Assembly: GCA_963701055.1 (NCBI GenBank)
Contig: OY969563.1
Coordinates: 4,980,481 to 5,044,480 of the forward strand
DNA: 64,000 nucleotides
Reading direction: 5' to 3'
DNA from: Candidatus Acidiferrales bacterium
Lineage (GTDB): Bacteria > Acidobacteriota > Terriglobia > Acidiferrales > UBA7541
Made by a program: the position numbers and the translations under genes
Part shown: positions 16,883 to 25,033 of the stretch, in pieces
How positions within the stretch are numbered: the stretch's first letter is position 1
Layout of the letters: each line of letters opens with the position of its first letter
The notes under the pieces: model-generated
Told to the model about the DNA's origin: nothing
The model's database searches: none
Seen by the model: only the letters and a program-made list of their open reading frames with translations

Positions 16883-17463
16883 TCGAGGTCCGCGATAAAG
16901 CAACCTACCGCCGGCGCGGTGGCAGGTGGTTTCTTGCCAGTTAGAGCCGCCTGAATGGCATCATCGAGTTCGTGCGTGGTGGCGGCTGGGCGAGCGCGGC
17001 CAAAATCCTGGTACAAATCGTCAATGCGGCCGTGATACAGCAAGCGGTGATTAGCATCAAAGACCGCCGCTTCCGGAGTGATCTGCACTTGAGCTTCGGC
17101 GGCGAGAGTATGGTACGGATCGCGAAGCGCGGGCAACTGGTAGCCGTAGTCTCGTTCATGTTGCCGAATTTTTTTTGCTGTCGCGCTGCGCTCCGGGTAA
17201 ATCAGCCAAAACGCGACTTTCGCTGCATACTCTGAGCTGATGCGATTGATCAGGGGCGCGTACCGGTTGGAAATCGGGCAATCCACGCGCACAAAAAGAA
17301 GCACCACCGGTTTTCCCAGAGCCGAGGAGAACGGATCGGCAGGAGTGCCATCCAGATGCTCTGCCGTTTTTTGTGCAGCCGAAAATGGCAGGGAGAAAAG
17401 GAGAATTGCCAGTGCTGCCGACAGCACGGAGAACCACGGTAATGCAATCCGCGGGAAAGACAT
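16879..17463 (-). CDS. Periplasmic thioredoxin-fold (redoxin-like) protein with CxxS motif
   Basis: Track ORF 16879..17511. I prefer the ATG at 17463 (MSFPRIALPWFSVLSAALAILLFSLPFSAAQ, signal peptide). KPVVLLFVRVDCPISNRYAP occupies the position of a Trx/redoxin active site but has a single Cys (CPIS). Confidence 0.7.
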   Translation of the reverse strand: MSFPRIALPWFSVLSAALAILLFSLPFSAAQKTAEHLDGTPADPFSSALGKPVVLLFVRVDCPISNRYAPLINRISSEYAAKVAFWLIYPERSATAKKIRQHERDYGYQLPALRDPYHTLAAEAQVQITPEAAVFDANHRLLYHGRIDDLYQDFGRARPAATTHELDDAIQAALTGKKPPATAPAVGCFIADLE

Positions 17464-17545
17464 GACGCCCGAAATGTTACTGCGCTGCCGAGCCAACTGT
17501 CCATGCGCCATTTGCCACGCTCTACCGAATTCACCCCTCCTATAC

Positions 17546-17579
17546 GCAAAAACGGGGAACCCGCGCAGGGCTCCCCGTC
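17546..17579 (-). terminator. Rho-independent terminator after the TonB-dependent receptor gene
   Basis: Minus strand reads ACGGGGAGCCC-tgcgc-GGGTTCCCCGT followed by TTTTTG. The stem is 11 bp (one G-U) with a 5-nt loop, starting ~18 nt after the stop codon. Confidence 0.65.
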
Positions 17580-17596
17580 TCGGTTAGGGGTTTTGA

Positions 17597-20500
17597 TCAG
17601 AAAACTACGCGGAGGCCGAATTGCAACTGGCGCATGCCGTTGGGCGTGCCGGGAGAGGCATCGCCTTCGATATCAGTGATTTGTCCGGCGCTCGGGTTGG
17701 TGGCGCAATCGACGCAATTGTTTCCTTGATTGGAATTGAATCCGAGGACGGGGTGATTGAAGACGTTGTAAGCGTCAAATCGGAATATGGCGTTGACTCG
17801 CTCCGTGATCCTGAAATTCTTCGAGAGCGAGAGATCCGAAAAGAACGCGCGCGGTCCGGTGAAGGTGTCAAACCCTGCATTGCCAACCTGGCCACAAGCT
17901 GGGAGTGAGAACGCCCCAGAGACGGGCCTGGCTAGCGTGCAGGAATCGGTGCCATTTGCCACGCCGGTAAGGTTGTAAGCCAGCGGAGCAACAGGGGTGA
18001 ACCAATATAGCCCGCACTCGCCGCCTGTTCCGCAACCTGATTTAATTGTCCGGGGCCCCGTGCTGAACGATTTGCCGTTCACCAGGTCCGGGCGGCATGG
18101 CCCTGTATCCGTGATCTCACCACATTCACCGATGCTGGCCGTCCATGGCAACCCGCTAGCCCAAGTCAGAGTATTGGACATCTGCCAGCCTCCAATGACG
18201 TAATCCATGGCTTTGCTGACACCGCTGAAAAATCGCTTTCCGCGGCCAAAGGGAAATTGGTAAACGCTGGTGAGCAGGAAAACGTTGTCGCGGTTGTACT
18301 GGTCGGGTCCATATTCCAGTTTCGGGGCTATCGCATAGTAACCCTGAGTCGTGTCGTAGGCGTTGGAGTGCGAGTAGGTGTAATGAGCTGTGAACTGCCA
18401 CCCGTTGGTGAAACGTTTCTCGACCTTTGTTTGCAGCGAATTGTAGTTGGTACTCGCGTTGTTGCCGAAATAATTCGAAACATCTACAGCGCAACAAGTA
18501 AGCGGCACTTGTGTCGGCACACCGCTGATAACTTGGGTCACGGTGTAACCTGGGTAGGTAAACGAGGGTACTCCGTTTTCGTTGTAAGGTCGCCGGTTGG
18601 CTTGCGGCACGAAGGGCACGAACGAAGTCAGCGCGCAAGTGGTTGGTGTTGGGCAAGAGACAAAGTTAGTCCCGTTCCCTACCGCGGGAGCGTTGACGTT
18701 GTAGGCGGGCCCGTTAGGGAAGAGCACGTGGGTGCCCTTGTTTCCGACATAAGCGATCTCGACCGCGATCGAGGGAGTGACTTGCCGTTGAACGGTCGCG
18801 TTCCAAGCATCCACAGTGGGCAAAACCTGCACGGTAGGCCGAATGTGCGTCGCGGCAGTGCCGTCAGGACCCAAGAGCGGCAAAGTGCCCTGCGGCGAAA
18901 TCTCGGACAGGATATTTTGGAAATAGGTCGTGGGATTCAAGTTGGCGGGAGGCCCACTCGCCAGCGTGAATACCGGGCTGATATTGTTCGTTGCGAGCGG
19001 ATTGAGGTTGCTGTCTTCGAGCGATTGCGCGGCTAACACCGGTAAGTTCTGGGTCACCGCATGGCCGAAATTGGATCCGAAAACGCCGAGGTCAAAGCTG
19101 CGGCCATACCCGAGACGGATCACGGTCTTCGGATCGTATTGATAAGCAATGGCCAACCTTGGCCCAAACGCCTTCCAAGTATTCGAGATGTTCCCATTGG
19201 TGCCGTAGGGCCCATATCCCGCCACGCGAATTACGCCTTGCGTCAGATTCGCGAAGCCGCCATTGCCCTTACCATTGACCGTTTCCGGGAAGTATATTTC
19301 CCAACGCAACCCGTAGGTGAAGGTGAGTTTTGGCGTGATGCGCCAGGTATCCTCTCCATAGAAGAACCACCGCTTCTGGCGTTCCGCTGCGTCAATCACA
19401 GGGCTCGCATAGCGTTGGAATGACGACACGTCGCCAAGAAGAAAAGTGGCGAGCGTTAGGCCTCCCGCTCCGGCCAGCGAAGTCGTGTCGGAATCGAAGT
19501 TGAGAACACCGGTGCGATTGGAGTCGCTGGGAACGCGCAAGTTCATGGCATAGCGAATATCGGCGCCAAACTTAATCTGATGATTCCCCTTGATCTTGGT
19601 CCAGTTGTTTACAAACTGGAACTGCTGCTCACTTTCGATGAGGGGGCAGTTGCAGCGGCCAACGTTCAAACCGTCTCCGAAGTTCGGCATGCCTTGAGAT
19701 TGCGACGCAGTGTTGTTATTTCCACCGCTCGTGGGAAAGAAGGAAGAGAGGCCGCCGGTCTCCGAAGTGCCCAAGTTCAAGCCGGGAATGCCGAACCCGG
19801 TCATGGGATTCGTGTTGGCATCAGAGTAGGCAGTTACCGGGTTGTACTTGAAGTAGCCAAAACGGAAATCGGTCAGCAGGTTGCTGCCAATAGCCTTGTC
19901 AAAACCCGTCGCCAAACTGTAATTGTGGACATTCGATTCGCCGTTAAGACCGCCCGGTCCAAAACCCACGCCGCCAAGTGCGCCGAGAGTGCCTTTTCCT
20001 GATAGGTTGAAATAATCCAAACTGAAGCGACCAAAAACTTGGTAGCCATGAGGCGCGTTGTAATCGATGCGAATATCGAATGCGTTCTGATCGTACGGTC
20101 CTGAACCGGAGCCAATAAAATTGTTCGTTATGCCTGGCCCATTATTCGGAGCCGGAAATTCAGCCAGAACTGCGGAAGCTTGTGGCGAAAGCATCCCAAT
20201 CGGAATCCAGTTTGGCTGGGTCGCGCAACCTGCGGGCCCGCAAAAGGGCGTTCGACCAGCTCCAGTTAACGAGCTCCCGGTCGCGGGGTTGTAGATCAGA
20301 CCGCCGCCAGAAGAGATTGCCGCGGCATACTGACTTAGATTGCAATAGCCCGGGCTGCTGCTCGCAGCGTTTGTCGCGGGATTGCACGACTGGAGCGCCT
20401 CCGTAGTCGGTGTGGTCAAGAGATTCGTTATGCCGTTTAGCTGACGAACGCCTTGGTAATCGCCGAAGAAGAACAATTTGTCCTTGATGATCGGACCGCC

Positions 20501-21382
20501 GACCTGCGCACCGAAAGCTTTGTAGGTCGCATTAGGAACTCCAGAGCTAGCTGGTTGCGTGAACGGATCGCGGGCCTCCTGCGCACTGTTCCGGTAATCG
20601 TAAAATCCCCCGCCGTGGACTTCGTTGCTGCCGGACTTTGTCTGGACGGTGACCAAGCCCGCGACCGCCTTGCCGAACTCAGCATCGTAATCTTGCAGCG
20701 TAATCTTGGTCTCCTGAATGGCATCAATGTTGGGGTTGACGACAATGATTCCCAAGATCGCGTCTTGATTGTCGGTGCCATCCAACATGAAGGACGTTCC
20801 GCTAAAGTGTTGTCCATCGACGAAAATCTGCTGCCCAGCCTGGGGATTTTCTGTGGCCGCGTGACTCCAGCCCACGAGCTTCTGCGTACCGGGCGTGAGC
20901 AATTCCAAGCTCGTGAAATTGCGATTGAGAATAGGCAAATCCGAAACGTACATCTGGTTAAATTCGTTCGACACATCCGCACGATCCGTCTGGAGAAGTG
21001 GGAGTTCCGTAGTCACTTCAACGGACTGGGTGACATCGCCAACTTGCAACTGCACGTCGATATGAGCGGAAGAATCGGCGCTAACCGGCACCGAGTCCAC
21101 GTCGTAAGACTTGAATCCCTTTGCTTCCACCTTGAGCTTGTAGGTGTCCGGGATTAAGTGCGTAACGTTATAGAAACCGCTCTCGTTAGTGGTCGTTTGA
21201 TCTGAAGTACCCTTGCTTACGGACGTCACAGTGACTTGCGCACCCACAACCGCCGCGCCTTGGGGATCGGTGACCGTGCCGATCATGCTGCCGTAAACGG
21301 CTTGACCTCGAGCTGAATTCGCGGACAGGACCCATAGAATCGACAGCAAAAAAATCCCTGCGAAAGTAGACGGCCGCTTCAT
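17597..21382 (-). CDS. TonB-dependent outer-membrane receptor with N-terminal CarboxypepD_reg-like domain
   Basis: 1261 aa. A signal peptide is followed by GSMIGTVTDPQGAAVVGAQVTVTSVSKGTSDQTTTNESGFYNVTHLIPDTYKLKVEAKGFKS (carboxypeptidase-regulatory-like Ig fold), then plug and beta-barrel-like sequence. The C-terminus LQFGLRVVF ends in Phe. Confidence 0.9.
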   Translation of the reverse strand: MKRPSTFAGIFLLSILWVLSANSARGQAVYGSMIGTVTDPQGAAVVGAQVTVTSVSKGTSDQTTTNESGFYNVTHLIPDTYKLKVEAKGFKSYDVDSVPVSADSSAHIDVQLQVGDVTQSVEVTTELPLLQTDRADVSNEFNQMYVSDLPILNRNFTSLELLTPGTQKLVGWSHAATENPQAGQQIFVDGQHFSGTSFMLDGTDNQDAILGIIVVNPNIDAIQETKITLQDYDAEFGKAVAGLVTVQTKSGSNEVHGGGFYDYRNSAQEARDPFTQPASSGVPNATYKAFGAQVGGPIIKDKLFFFGDYQGVRQLNGITNLLTTPTTEALQSCNPATNAASSSPGYCNLSQYAAAISSGGGLIYNPATGSSLTGAGRTPFCGPAGCATQPNWIPIGMLSPQASAVLAEFPAPNNGPGITNNFIGSGSGPYDQNAFDIRIDYNAPHGYQVFGRFSLDYFNLSGKGTLGALGGVGFGPGGLNGESNVHNYSLATGFDKAIGSNLLTDFRFGYFKYNPVTAYSDANTNPMTGFGIPGLNLGTSETGGLSSFFPTSGGNNNTASQSQGMPNFGDGLNVGRCNCPLIESEQQFQFVNNWTKIKGNHQIKFGADIRYAMNLRVPSDSNRTGVLNFDSDTTSLAGAGGLTLATFLLGDVSSFQRYASPVIDAAERQKRWFFYGEDTWRITPKLTFTYGLRWEIYFPETVNGKGNGGFANLTQGVIRVAGYGPYGTNGNISNTWKAFGPRLAIAYQYDPKTVIRLGYGRSFDLGVFGSNFGHAVTQNLPVLAAQSLEDSNLNPLATNNISPVFTLASGPPANLNPTTYFQNILSEISPQGTLPLLGPDGTAATHIRPTVQVLPTVDAWNATVQRQVTPSIAVEIAYVGNKGTHVLFPNGPAYNVNAPAVGNGTNFVSCPTPTTCALTSFVPFVPQANRRPYNENGVPSFTYPGYTVTQVISGVPTQVPLTCCAVDVSNYFGNNASTNYNSLQTKVEKRFTNGWQFTAHYTYSHSNAYDTTQGYYAIAPKLEYGPDQYNRDNVFLLTSVYQFPFGRGKRFFSGVSKAMDYVIGGWQMSNTLTWASGLPWTASIGECGEITDTGPCRPDLVNGKSFSTGPRTIKSGCGTGGECGLYWFTPVAPLAYNLTGVANGTDSCTLARPVSGAFSLPACGQVGNAGFDTFTGPRAFFSDLSLSKNFRITERVNAIFRFDAYNVFNHPVLGFNSNQGNNCVDCATNPSAGQITDIEGDASPGTPNGMRQLQFGLRVVF

Positions 21383-21829
21383 TTACCCTCCCCATACAGC
21401 CGCTTCTTTGGGCCAGCGGCCGCCAACACGTGACTGCCATGCAGAGGCTAGCTGGGTGGGGCTTGGTAGCAAGTCCATTTCGCGCGGACAGATACCTACA
21501 GCGACAAAACGGCGCGCGTTTATATCTTCAGAATGGACCGGAAAATCCCCCATCGAACCACGTCCAACCCAGCGAAAGCCCCCAACTCCTCGGCCAAGCG
21601 CAGCGCTCCACAGCACCGGTGGAATGTGGCATCTCTTTTTGGCACGGTTCGGAGCGACCCTCGAATGAACACCGAAACGGCCGGGACCAAATACTGCGCT
21701 TCAAATATTGCGATGGCTTGTAGCAGTTTTTTGATAGCGCTGGAAAGTATCTTTGGGTCTTGAAACCGTTACAGCCGTTAACCAACGAATTTTCAAGCAC
21801 CTGATCCATGGGTTAACTTTGGTGTTACA

Positions 21830-23104
21830 ATGCCCCCACTACGTGTCCCCATGATTGGCAGCCAGGAAACTCAGGCGCAGGTTGGCAGACTTCTAGTGAG
21901 TCATGCCTTGCATGGGTCCGAGTCTCTCTGCAAACTCCTGCGCTACCTGGCGCACTACGCCCTGGAACACCCCGGCACCTCTCCCAAGGAATATCAAATT
22001 GCGACGGAAGTATTCGGCCGGCCTGGGGATTTTGACCCGCACCAGGACTCCATGGTTCGAGTGCAAGTGGCGCGGCTTCGATCGAAGCTCGCCGAGTACT
22101 ATGCCTCGGAAGGGGCACGCGACACCCTTATTGTTGACGTGCCCAAAGGCAGCTACGCCCTTAATTTTCTGGAGCGCACGTCTCTGCCACCTCTGAATGG
22201 GCACGAACCGGCACCCAAGGACCCCACTCCGGTTCCCGCCGCGCAAGCTGTCTCGCCTTCTCGTTGGATCGCCGCGCTCGTTGTGCTGTCGATGATTTTG
22301 ACCGCCGCCCTAGCCATCGCCATTGACCGGCTGCTCCTTCGTCGCGTGGCGCAGGCTCATTCCGCGGAGGACATTTCGGTGGCTCCGGCGTCCGTGCGCA
22401 CTTTCTGGAATGGATTTCTCGGTGCCAACGAGCCTCCCTGGGTCGTGTTCAGCAACGCTTCCTTTGTTGGCCGCCCGGACACCGGCATGCGCTACTACGA
22501 TTCCAAGCGCGACGACAAGGCGCCCATATTCGACCACTACACAGGCGTCGGCGAGGTGCTCGCGGTGCATGCGTTGGACACAGTTTTTCGGCAGTTGCAG
22601 CGGGAACTGCGCGTCAAAAGGGGTAGTTTGTTCACGCTGGATGACGCTAAAAGCAACTACCTCATCTTTCTCGGCTCGCCCTCGGAGAATCTTACCTTGC
22701 TGGAAATCCCGACGACCCGGGATTTTTCCTTTCAGACGATTCATTGCTGCTCGCGAGAGGGAAACATTGAGATCGTCAATAACCATCCCGCAGCCGGCGA
22801 GGATAAGGAATACGTGGCCACCCCTTCGGATAAGCCACTCACCGAAGACTACGCAGTGATTGCCTTGGTTCGTGGGTTGAAATCCAGCCACTCCGTGTTG
22901 ATTCTTGCGGGAACCACGACTATCGGCACGCAAGCGGCCGCCGAATTCGTGTGTGACCAAACCTCTCTCAATGAGCTGCTGCGTCAGTTGGGAGTTTCCT
23001 CGGCCGCCGATCTCAAACCGTTTGAAGCCGTAATCCGCACGAAAGTAGTGCGCGGCGTGCCCGTAAACTCGGAGTTGGTTGCTTTGCACAAGCTCTCAAG
23101 CTGA
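21830..23104 (+). CDS. ToxR/CadC-like membrane-bound transcriptional regulator (N-terminal OmpR-type winged helix, one TM, periplasmic domain of unknown family)
   Basis: YQIATEVFGRPGDFDPHQDSMVRVQVARLRSKLAEYY matches the trans_reg_C recognition helix/wing. The TM is WIAALVVLSMILTAALAIAI, followed by ~250 aa of extracytoplasmic sequence. The start could also be the ATG at 21851. Confidence 0.7.
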   Translation: MPPLRVPMIGSQETQAQVGRLLVSHALHGSESLCKLLRYLAHYALEHPGTSPKEYQIATEVFGRPGDFDPHQDSMVRVQVARLRSKLAEYYASEGARDTLIVDVPKGSYALNFLERTSLPPLNGHEPAPKDPTPVPAAQAVSPSRWIAALVVLSMILTAALAIAIDRLLLRRVAQAHSAEDISVAPASVRTFWNGFLGANEPPWVVFSNASFVGRPDTGMRYYDSKRDDKAPIFDHYTGVGEVLAVHALDTVFRQLQRELRVKRGSLFTLDDAKSNYLIFLGSPSENLTLLEIPTTRDFSFQTIHCCSREGNIEIVNNHPAAGEDKEYVATPSDKPLTEDYAVIALVRGLKSSHSVLILAGTTTIGTQAAAEFVCDQTSLNELLRQLGVSSAADLKPFEAVIRTKVVRGVPVNSELVALHKLSS

Positions 23105-23117
23105 TGAAGACTTGCGC

Positions 23118-24926
23118 TCAATTGGCGGCTGGCATCGCCAGTCGAGGGTCGAGAGATGCGGCCTTCTGGTACTCTTCTTGCGCTTCTGCTTTATCTCCTT
23201 TTTGACTCAGAGCCTGTCCTAATTCAAAGTGCGCTAACGCAAATCCCGGCGAGGCCGCGACCGCCGAGCGAAATTGTGAAATGGCGCCGTCCACATCCCC
23301 CGCCTTCAAGAGCCGCTTGCCTGAGTTTGTGGCGAAGAGCGCGGCCTGCTCACTGTTCACTTTCTTGACGATTTCGGCGCCGAGTTTGCTTTCAGCCGCG
23401 GCGCCCTCTTTGTCGCCAAGCTGCCGCAGCACCGCGGCGAGTGTGGTGTGAGCACCGGCGAATTGCGGCTGTAATCGAATCGCCTCTTCCAACGCAGTGA
23501 CTGCTCCTTGCAGGTCGCCCTTTTGCTTCAAGACCGTTCCCAGTGTGTAGAAAGCTTCCGCATAATCCCGCTTGACGGCAGTTGCCGCGCGAAGCTCGGT
23601 CGCAGCTGCATCAAGATCGCCCTGTTGCCATAAAGTGACGCCCAGTGTGTAGTGTGCGTCCGCTTGCGCCGGATCCAGTTCGGACGCTTTCCGCAATTCC
23701 GCTTCTGCTTCGCCGAGCTTGTCCTGGAGCTTCAGTGTTAGGCCCAGGTTGTAATGCAAGGTTGCATCGCTCGGCGCCAACTTTAATGCCGCCTGGAATT
23801 CCTGGAGGGCCAAAGCAAACTCTGACATTTGCAGATAAGCAGCGCCGAGGTTGCCCAAATAGCTTGCAGCGTTTGGTTGCAGCCGGATGGCCGCCTGAAA
23901 TTCCGCGATCGCTCCCCTGGCGTCCCCGGTTTGCAGCAGCGCCAGGCCAAGATTGTTGCGCCGGTCCGCGCTGTCCGGCTGGAATTTCACGGCCTCACGA
24001 AATGCGTCCGTCGCTTTTTCCAGCTCCCCGCGCCCCTGAAGCAAAAGACCCAGGGCATTCTGCGCATCGGGATAGTCAGGCTTCAGACGCACACAGATTT
24101 GCAGTTCGCTGATCGCGCCATCTTGATCGCCGCGATTTTTTAGCACTAGCGCCCAATAGTAATGCGCGCCGGCCTCCAGGGAATTCTCCTGCACGGCCAT
24201 TTGCAGGTGGTAGGCCGCTTCGTCGAATGCCTTCTCGTTATAGCGCAGCACGCCCAGATGAAAATGCGCACTCGCAAAATCTGGCGCGACCTTCAAAGCC
24301 TCCTGGAACTGCTCCTCAGCCTCAGCCATTTGCGACTGTCGGACCAGCAGTGATCCGAGATCATCGTGTAATTCAGGCCGTGTTGGATCCAGCTCCACGG
24401 CACGGCGCATTTCCGCAGTGGCGTCGGCGGTCTTCCCCGAGGCATCCAGCGCGTGACCCAGGATGCGATGCGATTCCGCGTCGTTTGGTGAAATCGCTAT
24501 CGTGGATCGGGCCATGCGGATGGCCCCTGCGAAATCTCCTTTGGCCAGCAGTGTATTCGCCAGATTGCTGCGGGCTTGCACAAATTTCGGCTGGTATTTC
24601 AGTGCTTCATGAAACTGCTCGATGGCTGCGTCGTATTTTCCGCCGGTGAGCAGTACGAAACCCAATGCATTGTGGGCTTCGGGATTGTTTGGGAGGATCT
24701 TAATCACCTCTTCGAAGGACAACCGCGCGGCTGCGAGATCGTCGTTTTTCAGTGCTTCCATTCCCTTCGCGTAAATGGTCTCTGCCTGATGTGCGGCGTT
24801 CTCGCTAGACGCTGCCGCCTCTTGCCCAACCAGCGCTTGTGGCGAACCTGCGAACACCACCAGCGGGACGCCCAACATGCACAAGCGCCAGAACCTACCG
24901 ATGCATCTCTCGAAGCGTCCTCGCAA
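23118..24926 (-). CDS. Large secreted TPR repeat protein (~15 TPRs)
   Basis: 34-aa repeats with the A..Y..A......P pattern run throughout. The N-terminus is hydrophobic (MLGVPLVVFAGSPQALVGQ). Confidence 0.85.
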   Translation of the reverse strand: MRGRFERCIGRFWRLCMLGVPLVVFAGSPQALVGQEAAASSENAAHQAETIYAKGMEALKNDDLAAARLSFEEVIKILPNNPEAHNALGFVLLTGGKYDAAIEQFHEALKYQPKFVQARSNLANTLLAKGDFAGAIRMARSTIAISPNDAESHRILGHALDASGKTADATAEMRRAVELDPTRPELHDDLGSLLVRQSQMAEAEEQFQEALKVAPDFASAHFHLGVLRYNEKAFDEAAYHLQMAVQENSLEAGAHYYWALVLKNRGDQDGAISELQICVRLKPDYPDAQNALGLLLQGRGELEKATDAFREAVKFQPDSADRRNNLGLALLQTGDARGAIAEFQAAIRLQPNAASYLGNLGAAYLQMSEFALALQEFQAALKLAPSDATLHYNLGLTLKLQDKLGEAEAELRKASELDPAQADAHYTLGVTLWQQGDLDAAATELRAATAVKRDYAEAFYTLGTVLKQKGDLQGAVTALEEAIRLQPQFAGAHTTLAAVLRQLGDKEGAAAESKLGAEIVKKVNSEQAALFATNSGKRLLKAGDVDGAISQFRSAVAASPGFALAHFELGQALSQKGDKAEAQEEYQKAASLDPRLAMPAAN

Positions 24927-25033
24927 ACATTTGCTCCAGACACGTTCGATACTAGCATCACTTCACCAAGCTTCGGTCGAACGCAACCGCGCTACTTGAC
25001 CGCTTCACTGACGCCACATACGATGAGTTCCTT

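Noticed and set aside
21627-21647. Sigma-54-like TGGCA motifs: TGGCATCTCTTTTTGGCA here, and TGGCACCGGATTGGGT at 41927-41942.
   Set aside because: The GG-N10-GC spacing of the -24/-12 consensus is not met in either case, and no TTGC element sits at the right distance.
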